A DNA stretch of 64,000 bases, taken from assembly GCA_964572155.1 (NCBI GenBank), contig CAZNDZ010000001.1, forward strand, positions 648,840 to 712,839. Direction: 5' to 3'. Positions 40,589 to 50,751 of this stretch are shown here, in pieces. Below the pieces are notes generated by a model. It made no database searches and was not told the DNA's origin. It worked only from the letters and a program-made list of their open reading frames with translations. The DNA comes from an uncultured Planctomycetales bacterium. Its GTDB lineage: Bacteria; Omnitrophota; Gorgyraeia; Zapsychrales; Fredricksoniimonadaceae. The translations under genes were made by a program, and so were the position numbers. Numbering within the stretch: position 1 is the first letter of the stretch; each line of letters begins with the position of its first letter.

Positions 40589-41323
40589 ATGGAAAGCAGT
40601 AATCCTACGTTAAAGAACAAAATTTTCGAAAACGCACAAGTTGTCGGTGGCGCACCAACCATGACAATTCAAGGGACAGTTAATAAAACCTTGATTATGT
40701 TAGCAATTTTAATTTTTACCGCGATCAGCGCGTGGTCTATGCTGACACCTGGTAATGTGATGCCCTTAAGTTTAGGTAGCGGCATCATTGGTTTTTTATT
40801 GGCGATTGTAACAACATTTAAACCAAACTGGGCGCCAACTACAGCTCCGATGTATGCTGCTGTACAAGGGGTATTCTTAGCGGTATTTTCTGCCATGTTT
40901 GAAGCAAAGTATCCAGGCATTGTTGTTAAGTCTGTAGGTTTGACTTTTGCCGTTGCTTTGGTGATGTTGATGGGTTATAAAGCAGGTTTTTTTGCAGCTA
41001 CACCAGCACTTCGAAAAGGCATGATGATTGCAGTTGGTGGTTTAATGTTGTTTTATTTGGTGGTGTTCGTTGCCAGTTTGTTTGGTATTGCGCCTCCAGC
41101 TTTTATTAATGGTGGTGGGCCACTTGGTATTGCATTTAGTTTATTTGTTGTTGGTTTAGCGTCGATGTGTTTAATTTTGGATTTTGACTTCATTGAACAA
41201 GCTGCTTCAAGCGGAGTCGAAAAACGCATGGAATGGTATGGCGCTTTCTCATTGATGGTCACCTTGATCTGGTTATATTTTGAGATCATGCGTTTAATGA
41301 GCAAGATGAATTCTCGTAATTAA
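40589..41323 (+). CDS. Bax inhibitor-1/YccA-family membrane protein
   Basis: SSNP, MTIQGTVNKT, LILDFDFIE, EWYGAF.L.VTL.WLY.E. Confidence 0.88.
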   Translation: MESSNPTLKNKIFENAQVVGGAPTMTIQGTVNKTLIMLAILIFTAISAWSMLTPGNVMPLSLGSGIIGFLLAIVTTFKPNWAPTTAPMYAAVQGVFLAVFSAMFEAKYPGIVVKSVGLTFAVALVMLMGYKAGFFAATPALRKGMMIAVGGLMLFYLVVFVASLFGIAPPAFINGGGPLGIAFSLFVVGLASMCLILDFDFIEQAASSGVEKRMEWYGAFSLMVTLIWLYFEIMRLMSKMNSRN

Positions 41324-41387
41324 TTGTGTTTCAGGGTATTTTTTGGGGCTTTTTGATTTTGGTCGGATTATATGGTATATCTTACCC

Positions 41388-42359
41388 ATGCGACTAAAAC
41401 AAATAGCCCCGATTTTTTTATATATTTTTTTGACGGTAACAAGAAATGGTTATTGCCAAATTGATCATCGCATCGAATTTGGTTTCTCTGCCCTAACAAT
41501 CGACGGAAAACTTCCTCGCTTTAAAGAAATCTCAAAATTTGAATCTCGCACGGGCATCAATGTTGAAACCATGAATTGGTATTTGGGATTTAATGGGGAC
41601 AATAAGGAGTTACCCAATATTCCCTTAAAATGCATGGCAGAATATAAAGATCAAGATATTACCTTGATGCTCACCTTAGAACCATGGGGCGAAACCATGG
41701 ATTGGCGGGGGCAGCGTAAGGATCCGTTGCGTGCGATCAATGACGGTTATTTAGATCGTTATTTACGTCGGATGGCTAGTCAATTGCGTAAGTTTGGTCG
41801 TCCTATTCGCCTACGTTTCGGCCATGAGATGATCCAAGATGATCATCCAGATACGCGCGGCTGGTATTCATGGCAAGATAGGGCCAAAGCCTATAAAAAA
41901 GCTTTTATACGTGTGCATGATATTTTTGTAGACGAGAATGCCATGAATGTTGAGTTTGTATGGTCGCCAAATTCAAGGCCGGCACTGCTTAAAATCTTAG
42001 CGAAATATTACCCAGGTCCAGAATATGTCGATTGGATAGGCATTGATGGGTATAACTGGAATGGCGAGAGTTTTGATGAGCTATTTCAATTGCCTTATAA
42101 GAACATTGTTGAACATCCAGAGATTTTTGGCAACAAACCCATTATGATCGCAGAGTTTGCGGCTGGGGATGATAAGAAATTAACGGTCTTTGATAAAGCT
42201 GCATGGATTAAAGATGCTTTTGAAAAAATACCGACACACTATCCAATGGTGGGGGCGATTTATTGGTTTAATGTAAAGAAAGAACGTGATTGGCGTTTAG
42301 ATTCCTCCGATGCTAGTTGGGAAGCCTTCCAAGAAGGCATCCGTAATTGGCGTGATTAG
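41388..42359 (+). CDS. Glycoside hydrolase family 26
   Basis: LRFGHEM, FVWSPN, YYPG..YVDWIGIDGYN, KPIMIAEF, WFN..KE. Confidence 0.88.
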   Translation: MRLKQIAPIFLYIFLTVTRNGYCQIDHRIEFGFSALTIDGKLPRFKEISKFESRTGINVETMNWYLGFNGDNKELPNIPLKCMAEYKDQDITLMLTLEPWGETMDWRGQRKDPLRAINDGYLDRYLRRMASQLRKFGRPIRLRFGHEMIQDDHPDTRGWYSWQDRAKAYKKAFIRVHDIFVDENAMNVEFVWSPNSRPALLKILAKYYPGPEYVDWIGIDGYNWNGESFDELFQLPYKNIVEHPEIFGNKPIMIAEFAAGDDKKLTVFDKAAWIKDAFEKIPTHYPMVGAIYWFNVKKERDWRLDSSDASWEAFQEGIRNWRD

Positions 42360-42395
42360 TTGTATTTTCAATCCCTTTGTGATATAAAAAAGCAT

Positions 42396-43172
42396 ATGAA
42401 AAATATGAAAGTTGTGATCTTAGCCGGCGGTATGGGCTCACGATTGTCGGAAGAAACAGAGCTAAAGCCAAAGCCAATGGTTGAGATTGGCGGTAAACCT
42501 ATTTTATGGCATATCATGAAGCATTACAGTGCTTTTGGTTTCAATGAATTTGTCATTGCTTTAGGCTATAAGGGACATTGTATTAAAGATTTCTTCATCA
42601 ATTACCACCTGCATCATAGTGACTTATCCGTTGATGTGAAACACGGCAAAGTGGTCTTAAATAAAACACCTCCGGAAGATTGGAAGGTTGATTTAGTTGA
42701 TACAGGTTTGACCACTGGAACAGCGGGTCGTCTCAAACATTTAAAGCCGTACTTAAAAAATTCATTCCTTATGACATATGGCGACGGTGTTTCAAATGTT
42801 GATCTAACGCGTTTAATTGCGCATCATCGCAAGCAAAAAAAGCTTGCAACATTAACAGCTGTTCGACCACCAGCGCGTTTTGGTAATTTAACGTTTAAAG
42901 ATGCGGCATCGATTGAATTTTCAGAAAAATCGCAAGTAGCTGAAGGTTGGATTAACGGAGGATTCTTCGTTCTTGAGCCTAAAGTCTTTGATTTTATTGA
43001 TGATGAAGCAGAAATGTTTGAACAACGGCCTTTGGAGGACATTTCGGCAAAAGGTCAATTAACAGCGTATAAGCACGAAGGTTTTTGGCAGTGCATGGAT
43101 ACGTTGCGTGATGTTAAATTATTAAATCAACAGTGGGATCACACCCAAGCCCCTTGGAAAACATGGAAATAA
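42396..43172 (+). CDS. rfbF: Glucose-1-phosphate cytidylyltransferase
   Basis: ILAGGMGSRLSEET..KPKPMVEIG, TYGDGVS, FWQCMDTLRD. Confidence 0.95.
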   Translation: MKNMKVVILAGGMGSRLSEETELKPKPMVEIGGKPILWHIMKHYSAFGFNEFVIALGYKGHCIKDFFINYHLHHSDLSVDVKHGKVVLNKTPPEDWKVDLVDTGLTTGTAGRLKHLKPYLKNSFLMTYGDGVSNVDLTRLIAHHRKQKKLATLTAVRPPARFGNLTFKDAASIEFSEKSQVAEGWINGGFFVLEPKVFDFIDDEAEMFEQRPLEDISAKGQLTAYKHEGFWQCMDTLRDVKLLNQQWDHTQAPWKTWK

Positions 43173-44143
43173 ATTCTTGGAAAAATCGTAGTGTCTTAAT
43201 CACCGGAGCCACAGGTTTGGTTGGCTCGTGGTTAACGGAAAAATTAATTTCAGGCGGCGCACAGGTCACGGTGTTGCTGCAAGATGTGAATGGTCAGTCG
43301 CCATTTTTAAAACATGCGGCACAGCGTGATGTGCATTGTGTTTATGGCCAATTAGAAGATTTACCGACGGTTGAAAAAGCTTTGATTATATCGGGGGCAG
43401 ACACTGTATTTCATTTAGGCGCGCAAACCATCGTCGGAAATGCCATCACCACCCCATGGATCACCTTTGAATCTAATGTGCGTGGTACCTATAATCTTTT
43501 GGAAGCATGCCGACGTCAGGGAAAATCGATCAAAGCCATCGTCGTGGCGTCTAGTGATAAAGCTTATGGGGATTCGTTGCAGTTGCCCTATACAGAAGAC
43601 ATGCCCTTAAATGGCATTGCACCATACGATGCATCTAAAGTTTGCACAGAAGTTATTGTTAAGTCTTATACGGCAACTTATGGATTGCCGGTGATCACAG
43701 CTCGTTGTGGCAATATTTATGGCGGTGGTGATTTTAATTTTAGCCGCTTGATCCCAGGGACCATTAAGTCGTTATTGTCGAATCAAGCGCCCATCATCCG
43801 CTCCGACGGTACATTCATCCGTGATTATGTTTATGTCAAAAACGTTGCTGAAGTTTATACGCAGTTAGCGCAATTGGCTTACCAAGGCAAAGCCATTGGC
43901 GAAGCATTTAACTACAGTGATGACACCCCACGGAAAGTCATCGATGTGGTCAATGACATCATCCGCTTGATGGGCATCAAACATTTAAAACCAATCATAC
44001 AAAATAACGCGGCACATGAAATTCATGATCAACATTTATCAAGTGCCAAGCTGCGCAAATTTGTGAATTTAAATCAATTGTCCAACATGGATGTGGGGTT
44101 AACCGAAACCATTGATTGGTACCGTGAATTCTTCCGACAATAA
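43163..44143 (+). CDS. rfbG: CDP-glucose 4,6-dehydratase-like SDR
   Basis: GATGLVGSW, ASSDKAYG, PYDASK, RCGNIYGGGD; follows rfbF. Confidence 0.75.
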   Translation: MEINSWKNRSVLITGATGLVGSWLTEKLISGGAQVTVLLQDVNGQSPFLKHAAQRDVHCVYGQLEDLPTVEKALIISGADTVFHLGAQTIVGNAITTPWITFESNVRGTYNLLEACRRQGKSIKAIVVASSDKAYGDSLQLPYTEDMPLNGIAPYDASKVCTEVIVKSYTATYGLPVITARCGNIYGGGDFNFSRLIPGTIKSLLSNQAPIIRSDGTFIRDYVYVKNVAEVYTQLAQLAYQGKAIGEAFNYSDDTPRKVIDVVNDIIRLMGIKHLKPIIQNNAAHEIHDQHLSSAKLRKFVNLNQLSNMDVGLTETIDWYREFFRQ

Positions 44144-44144
44144 T

Positions 44145-45086
44145 ATGTATTCACAATTAGCCGGTAAAGTTTTCTTTGTTACCGGTGCTGATGGTTTTTT
44201 GGGTGCGCATTTAACCCAAGCCCTGTTAAGTCATGGGGCAGAGGTTATTGCCCAAGTTCGCAGCGTCGATCATCTCAAACGTTTAACGTTCGGTGTTGAT
44301 CGATTGACATTTATCCCAATGGATTTTTGTAAGGCAGATCTCGAGGCTTTGAAAGATCGTTTGCCTCAAGGGATTGATGTGTGCGTGCATACGGCTGCCG
44401 CTGGGATTAAACCCAACGACAATGCTTGGGAACTTTTGTTAAAAGTTAATATCGACGGCACAAAGCTAATGCTTGATCTAGCCGTTGCTAATAAGATCAA
44501 ACGTTTTGTGTATATTGGCTCAAGTTTTGAGTATGGCGACGGGAATTTGTGGGAAGAAAACGTTCAAGTTAATCCACGCACCTTGTATGGGGTTAGTAAA
44601 AGTGCGGGGTGGATGTTGGCTAAAAGTTATGCGGCCACACATCAATTGCCCATCGTCGGGTTTCGACCATTTTATTTGTATGGCGCACAAGAAGGTCCGG
44701 AGCGTTTGCTATCAGCGGTCATCAATGCATTGATTAAAAAAGAACCATTGCCCATGACCTTAGGGGAACAAGAACGTGATTTTGTTCATGTGGATGATGC
44801 GGTCAGAGCCATCCTTTATGGATCAATCGACGCTAAAGCTGTCGGAGAAGTATTTAACATTTGCACCGGTGAGCCCATCACGATTCGCAAAGCTGTTGGC
44901 ATCATGGAAGAAGAAGTAGGTCAAGTCTTCCCATTGCTTTGGGGCAAATTGCCGTATCGGTCGTTGGAGTGGGTGAGATTATCAGGCAGTAGCCACAAGG
45001 CAAAACAGGTTCTGGGTTTTTCCACCAGTGTGAATCTAAGAGAAGGATTAAAAGGTTTGTATGAGTTTAGCACCAAGCAGAAATAG
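44145..45086 (+). CDS. NAD-dependent epimerase/reductase (CDP-dideoxyhexose synthase-like)
   Basis: GADGFLG, GSSFEYG, YGVSK, RDFVHVDD. Confidence 0.8.
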   Translation: MYSQLAGKVFFVTGADGFLGAHLTQALLSHGAEVIAQVRSVDHLKRLTFGVDRLTFIPMDFCKADLEALKDRLPQGIDVCVHTAAAGIKPNDNAWELLLKVNIDGTKLMLDLAVANKIKRFVYIGSSFEYGDGNLWEENVQVNPRTLYGVSKSAGWMLAKSYAATHQLPIVGFRPFYLYGAQEGPERLLSAVINALIKKEPLPMTLGEQERDFVHVDDAVRAILYGSIDAKAVGEVFNICTGEPITIRKAVGIMEEEVGQVFPLLWGKLPYRSLEWVRLSGSSHKAKQVLGFSTSVNLREGLKGLYEFSTKQK

Positions 45087-46371
45087 CATCTTAGAACAAG
45101 TTGCCACATTTGTAGGAACATCTGTTGAGCCAAAACCTTTTGTTGCAGGCACAAGTTATATTCCTGTATCAGGAAAAGTGTTGGATGGCGCAGACATTGC
45201 CTTGATGGTTGATGCGTGTTTGGATGGTTGGTTAACCAGCGGTCGATTCACTGACGAGTTTGAGAAACAATTAACGCTCGCAACCGGCACAAGATTTGCG
45301 ATGTTGGTTAACAGCGGATCATCAGCCAATTTATTGGCCATTAGCGCGTTAACGTCTGGTTTGTTAAAAGAACGCGCATTAAAGCCAGGCGATGAAATCA
45401 TCACTTTAGCTGCAGGTTTTCCAACAACAGTTAATCCCATCATTCAAAATAATTGTATCCCTGTTTTTGTCGACATTGATTTAGCCACGATGAATGTGGA
45501 TGTTGATGGCTTAGAAAAAGCCATTAGCCCTAAAACAAAAGCCATTATCTTGGCACACACCTTGGGTAATCCATTTAATATTGCTGCGGTTAAAGCCATC
45601 GCTTGGAAACATAATCTCTGGCTAATTGAAGATAGTTGTGATGCCTTGGGTGCAACATATCAGGGAGCACCGAGTGGTAGTTTTGGTGATATGGCCACAT
45701 TAAGCTTTTATCCGGCACACCATATCACGACAGGCGAAGGTGGGGCGGTGGTGACGAGCAATGCACTCTTAAATAAAGTGTTATTGTCATTTCGTGATTG
45801 GGGCAGGGATTGTTGGTGTCAGACGGGCAAGGATAATACGTGTGGCAAACGTTTTGATTGGCAGCTTGGAAAATTACCGCATGGTTATGATCACAAGTAT
45901 ATTTATTCTCACATCGGCTATAATCTAAAAGCCACTGACATGCAGGCAGCTTTGGGTGTTGGTCAAATAAAAAAGTTGCCCCAATTTGTTGCACGACGTC
46001 GAGAAAATTGGAATGCATTGCGTCAGGGTTTAGCTGCGTTAGATGGCAGGGTTTCATTTGTCACGGCGACAGCAGAGAGCAACCCAAGCTGGTTTGGTTT
46101 TGTGATGACAATCAATGATCCAAAAATTTCACGGGATCGTTTGGTGCAATATTTAGAATCGAAGAAAATCGGCACGCGCATGTTATTCGGGGGAAATTTA
46201 TTAGATCAGCCTGCCTATGCTAATATCACGCATCGCACAGTAGGTGCACTTACAGCCAGCGACCGTGTGGCCAAAGATGTACTATGGGTTGGTGTTTACC
46301 CAGGCATCACCACAGCCATGTTGGATTATATGATAACCACGATTAAAACTTATTTTAAGGACAATGCATGA
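45061..46371 (+). CDS. rfbH: CDP-4-keto-6-deoxyglucose 3-dehydrase (E1)
   Basis: NSGSSANL, HTLGNPF, SFYPAHHITTGEGG (His in place of Lys), WGRDCWC...TC, YDHKY. Confidence 0.93.
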   Translation: MSLAPSRNSILEQVATFVGTSVEPKPFVAGTSYIPVSGKVLDGADIALMVDACLDGWLTSGRFTDEFEKQLTLATGTRFAMLVNSGSSANLLAISALTSGLLKERALKPGDEIITLAAGFPTTVNPIIQNNCIPVFVDIDLATMNVDVDGLEKAISPKTKAIILAHTLGNPFNIAAVKAIAWKHNLWLIEDSCDALGATYQGAPSGSFGDMATLSFYPAHHITTGEGGAVVTSNALLNKVLLSFRDWGRDCWCQTGKDNTCGKRFDWQLGKLPHGYDHKYIYSHIGYNLKATDMQAALGVGQIKKLPQFVARRRENWNALRQGLAALDGRVSFVTATAESNPSWFGFVMTINDPKISRDRLVQYLESKKIGTRMLFGGNLLDQPAYANITHRTVGALTASDRVAKDVLWVGVYPGITTAMLDYMITTIKTYFKDNA

Positions 46372-47315
46372 GCCGTCAATTACAACTCTTATCCGTCGTG
46401 ATCCCTTGCCACAATGAAGAAGCTGTCTTGCCTTCAACGCATGAACGCTTAACAGGGATTTTAGCGGATTTGATTCAAAAGAAATTGATCGCAAATTACG
46501 AAATTGTTTTGGTTAACAATGGTTCCAAAGACAATACGGTCGCCGTGATGCTGCGTTTATTTAAAAATGATCCGCATGTGCATGTGGTTGATTTACGTCG
46601 GAATTTTGGTTATCAGGCATCGATCACAGCGGGCTTGAATGCAGCAACCGGCGATGCCGTTGTAACCATTGATGCCGACTTACAAGACCCACCGGAAAAA
46701 ATCGAAGAAATGATAGGGCATTACACACAAGGATACGACTTGGTCTTAGGCGTGCGCAATGATCGTTCGACAGATAGTTTTTTTAAACGGGTATTCTCTC
46801 AATTCTATTATCGTTTCTCTCAATGGATGGGCGTTGAGGTTGTTTACAATCATGCGGATTTCCGTTTGATGGATCGTTCCTTATTAGATCAATTCAAAGA
46901 CATGCATGAGCGTGATCGTTTTATCCGCGCTATGATCTTGTATTTGGATAATCATTATGCCTGTGTATATTATGAGCGTCAGACGCGAAAGATGGGCATG
47001 ACAAAATTCTTTGCTGGGGACTTGATAGCATTAGCCATGGATGGGATTATCTCGTATTCTTATAAGCCACTGCGTTTTATGTCGATCTTTGGGGTCTTTA
47101 TGAGCCTTATCGCCTTGGCTTTAGGCTGCTGGGTTGTTTATTTAAAATTAAAGCAAAATATTGTCGTGGGGTGGGCGTCCACCTTGGTCCCAATTGTTTT
47201 CTTTGGCGGCGTTCAGTCGCTGTTCTTAGGGTTAATTGGTGAATATGTTGGTCGTTTGTATAATGAAATTAAAGCCCGTCCGCTGTATGCCATTCGTAAA
47301 ACCTACAAGCATTGA
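46368..47315 (+). CDS. GT2 glycosyltransferase (GtrB/ArnC-like, polyprenol-phosphate type)
   Basis: VVIPCHNEE, RNFG, DADLQDPPE, DFRLMDR, two C-terminal TMs, LIGEYVGRLY.E.K.RP. Confidence 0.9.
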   Translation: MSRQLQLLSVVIPCHNEEAVLPSTHERLTGILADLIQKKLIANYEIVLVNNGSKDNTVAVMLRLFKNDPHVHVVDLRRNFGYQASITAGLNAATGDAVVTIDADLQDPPEKIEEMIGHYTQGYDLVLGVRNDRSTDSFFKRVFSQFYYRFSQWMGVEVVYNHADFRLMDRSLLDQFKDMHERDRFIRAMILYLDNHYACVYYERQTRKMGMTKFFAGDLIALAMDGIISYSYKPLRFMSIFGVFMSLIALALGCWVVYLKLKQNIVVGWASTLVPIVFFGGVQSLFLGLIGEYVGRLYNEIKARPLYAIRKTYKH

Positions 47316-47370
47316 CCCTATTGGCTGTGACTTGATTTATTGAAGTTATAGGCTATACTTTTGGGGTAAA

Positions 47371-49959
47371 ATGACCTATACCAAATCTAAAATATTAGCT
47401 CTCATCCTTCTAACGACATTTGCAAGTGCGTCAGTGTCTGTGCCTCGTGCACAGGCAGGAGAAATGACGGTGCCGCTCATGCCTAAAGCAGGGGCCATGG
47501 TTCAATTAAGCCAAGCTTTTACACCCGCACAGTTAAAGGGGATTGTTGTTCATCCAAATCAGCCGCTGCAATTTGATTTCTTGATTGGTCAAGGTGACGG
47601 CCAATTAAGCACAGAAGAAAAAAGCCAAGAATATAACACACTCATCAAATACTTTTTAGCGTCCCTAGCTGTTGCGGATAAAGACCAATGGGTGAACCTT
47701 TCGCCATATGAGCATAATCGTATTATTGAAGAAAATTTCGGCAAGACCATCATGGGGCGGGATCTTTTAGCCCAAGATTACCTGCTTAAACAAATCATGT
47801 CCTCGTTGATGTACCCTGAATCAGGATTGGGAAAAACATTTTGGGACAAGGTCTATGAGAAGGCCGGCAATGCGAATGTCCCCATCAATGCTTTTAACAA
47901 AGTTTGGATCATGCCGGATCAAGCTGTCATCCATGAGAATGGGAATACTGCTGTTATCGTAAAGAGTCATTTGAAGGTGATGTTAGAAGAAGACTACCTT
48001 GCTAAAGCAAAAAATACTACGGACACCATGCCATCGGCAACCAAAGAAATGATGCGCAACATTTTATTGCCGGAACTTGAACGGGAAGTTAATGAGGGAA
48101 AGAATTTTGCAAGCCTACGCCAAGTATTTTCAGGGATGATATTAGCAACGTGGTATAAGCGTGCATTAAAGGATTCGCTCTTGGGTCAAGTGTATGCCGA
48201 TAAGGCTAAGGTTAAGGGCATCGATCAGCCTGCTTGCCGGCAGGCAGGAACTAAGTGTGATGCAAATGAAGAGATTTACCAAGAATATCTGCAGGCTTTT
48301 AAGAAGGGCGTTTTTAATTACATCAAAGAAGATCAACAATCCATTCCCCGCAAATATTTTGCCGGCGGTATCACAGGTCTAGGCAATTTATCCCTCGATA
48401 CAAAACAAGTCAATCGCGCCATGATATCCGCAGATGTTGCCGGGACAGAAGCCGTTACCACACAATTTGATGCCGCGATGGATGTAGATCCAATTGCGAA
48501 AAAGCTGATCATTTTCAACGAAAGTATTCCGTCCTTTGACATAAAAGATCCAAAACTAAAGTATCTGACGTGGTTAATGGCTGAGGATATCGAGAAAGAC
48601 AATGGCTGGCAACGCACATATCACGCCATGGACAATCAAACATTAAGCCAAGAATTTCAGTCGTTTATCGACAGCGGTGTTTTTCAAGAACCATTTTTAA
48701 GTTCAAAGAATATGAGTCCCGAGGGCATTATTGCATTCTTAGATGCATTATCACGTCGTTACGGTGCTGTGGAGCTCGATGTTAAAGACTTAACCGAAGA
48801 CTTTATCGGCAATAGTTTATGGCTTGGACTAGAAGGTTTTGCTGCAGCCAGTGTTCGCAAAGATAAGGATCTCCATGAATCCATGGTCAAAGCCAAGGCG
48901 TGGGTGCGAGAAGTTTTTATCCGTGCAGGTTTGAATGATGCCGCGATGACGCCGGAACAGTATGTGCAAGATTTTAGACGGTTTTTAGATAGGATGGGGT
49001 CGTTAAGAGAAGAAGAGAAAGTGCATGCGGTTAACTTATTAAAAATGATTTCACATCTTCATGATCCAAGATATAGATTCGAGAATAGTATAGAATATGC
49101 TGCAGATCTAAATTTTTATATTCTTAGAATCCGAGCCGAAAAGAATCTAAAAGTGTTGCAGGCCATTGGTGCATATTTCACAGCTGAAAAGCGAAGCATT
49201 TTTGTTCCGGCGATATTTGAAGCTATCCACGATAAAATTACTAAATTATCCAAACCAGAAGCGACAATAGATTTTGATGAAGGAGTGCTTAAATTAGCAA
49301 AGTTGCATCTCCCAGACAGCTTAGGGTATCAACGGGTTGAGTTATTAGCAAATGAAAGAGTCATTGTTAATTTACAAGATGTTGCAGAGCAAAGAGATGG
49401 CGTTCTATTTAACATCAATTCGGTGTTTCGACATAAACCGTTTACCATTGAGATCATGAAAAGAAAAAGTACTAATGCATTAGGTTATGATCTTGTTTTT
49501 GTTGGGACATATGATGGCAGGACGAGTGATTTTATTATTCAGAATAATACACGTAAAGGCGTTGTTCCTATTCCTTATAGAAGTATTTTAAAAGGAAACA
49601 TGTTTGTATTAGGTCTTGATGTATTTGGCAAACAATTTGATTTTTCAAATGTTATTGTTGAAAGCGTGAAGCCATCAGAATTAAGCTCGATCTATGTTTT
49701 GTACAAACCAAAACCAAAGTATTTACCGCTATCGAAATCAGCTCTACCATATGATCAAGCAATGGCTACTGTTGCTCAAAGTGATGTGGGGGGTATTGAT
49801 TTGAACTCTGGTAACTTGGATTTGCAGATTAAGCGGGATGGGAATGGGGTGGTTATGCCATTGGTAGAGCAGGACTTAGTGCAGTTGTCCCGTATTGAAG
49901 GGCTTGTGCCTCGGATTATAGCGATTAAGCCAGCGTCTAGCTTGCCAGAGCTGCAGTAA
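47371..49959 (+). CDS. Secreted modular protein A (conserved N-domain, DxAM-delimited modules, GGID C-cap)
   Basis: Signal peptide; N- and C-termini homologous to 59744-62809, middle unrelated. Confidence 0.8.
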   Translation: MTYTKSKILALILLTTFASASVSVPRAQAGEMTVPLMPKAGAMVQLSQAFTPAQLKGIVVHPNQPLQFDFLIGQGDGQLSTEEKSQEYNTLIKYFLASLAVADKDQWVNLSPYEHNRIIEENFGKTIMGRDLLAQDYLLKQIMSSLMYPESGLGKTFWDKVYEKAGNANVPINAFNKVWIMPDQAVIHENGNTAVIVKSHLKVMLEEDYLAKAKNTTDTMPSATKEMMRNILLPELEREVNEGKNFASLRQVFSGMILATWYKRALKDSLLGQVYADKAKVKGIDQPACRQAGTKCDANEEIYQEYLQAFKKGVFNYIKEDQQSIPRKYFAGGITGLGNLSLDTKQVNRAMISADVAGTEAVTTQFDAAMDVDPIAKKLIIFNESIPSFDIKDPKLKYLTWLMAEDIEKDNGWQRTYHAMDNQTLSQEFQSFIDSGVFQEPFLSSKNMSPEGIIAFLDALSRRYGAVELDVKDLTEDFIGNSLWLGLEGFAAASVRKDKDLHESMVKAKAWVREVFIRAGLNDAAMTPEQYVQDFRRFLDRMGSLREEEKVHAVNLLKMISHLHDPRYRFENSIEYAADLNFYILRIRAEKNLKVLQAIGAYFTAEKRSIFVPAIFEAIHDKITKLSKPEATIDFDEGVLKLAKLHLPDSLGYQRVELLANERVIVNLQDVAEQRDGVLFNINSVFRHKPFTIEIMKRKSTNALGYDLVFVGTYDGRTSDFIIQNNTRKGVVPIPYRSILKGNMFVLGLDVFGKQFDFSNVIVESVKPSELSSIYVLYKPKPKYLPLSKSALPYDQAMATVAQSDVGGIDLNSGNLDLQIKRDGNGVVMPLVEQDLVQLSRIEGLVPRIIAIKPASSLPELQ
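48229..48248. repeat. In-frame palindromic element CCTGCTTGCCGGCAGGCAGG (PACRQAG)
   Basis: Near-perfect 20-bp palindrome; absent at the aligned position in the paralog. Confidence 0.8.
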
Positions 49960-50003
49960 AGATTTTTTGGCAAAAGCGGTTTTTATAGTGTAAACTTGCC
50001 CCT

Positions 50004-50744
50004 ATGACAGATATTCCTAATTTTCCAGCTCCAAAAAAAGATAATGTAACCAAGCGCGCGGCCATTTTCCTGCAAGTGATTGTGGTTGTCGTGATTGTTT
50101 TTATTGGCGCCAGCCTTTACCGCACCATTTTAGACCAAGCTTCCCAATTAGAAGTTACTAAGAACAATGTTAATGAACAAAAAGATCAGGTAAGTTCTTT
50201 AAGTGCTCAAATTAGCAGCTTAAACGATAAGATCAAAGAATATAAGAAACAAAGCGATGATTTGGATGCTAGCGTGGCTCAAGAAAAAGAGACTGTGGAT
50301 GCCATGAAGAAGAATTATGATGCGCTTGAAGTGAAGATCAATGATTTAAATCAAGAATTCGACGATAAATTTGGCCGTTTAAGCAAAGAAATCACGGATG
50401 TTAAAGAATTAGTTGGGCCAGTTAAGGATGATATTGCTTTAATGAAGGAAGATACTCAGAAATGGCAAAAGGATTATGTGGCAGCCTTAAGTGATTTGCA
50501 AGTCCATGTTACCCGCGCGGCAGGTTTGATTGCTCAAATGCGTGATGAAGTTAATAAGAAGATTGACTTTATTAGCATGGTGCAAGAAAAAATGATCAAA
50601 GACGCCGCCGTTGCCAATAGTATTCCCATGGTGTCTAAACCAACAGAAGACCCAGATCGTACTGTTCATCATCAGATCATGAATAGTGATTTGTCAGAGT
50701 TTAAGGACAAGGCAGATTATAAGGCCGAGACCACCACGAAGTAA
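50004..50744 (+). CDS. Membrane-anchored coiled-coil protein
   Basis: N-terminal TM followed by long heptad repeats. Confidence 0.7.
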   Translation: MTDIPNFPAPKKDNVTKRAAIFLQVIVVVVIVFIGASLYRTILDQASQLEVTKNNVNEQKDQVSSLSAQISSLNDKIKEYKKQSDDLDASVAQEKETVDAMKKNYDALEVKINDLNQEFDDKFGRLSKEITDVKELVGPVKDDIALMKEDTQKWQKDYVAALSDLQVHVTRAAGLIAQMRDEVNKKIDFISMVQEKMIKDAAVANSIPMVSKPTEDPDRTVHHQIMNSDLSEFKDKADYKAETTTK

Positions 50745-50751
50745 AACTGCT

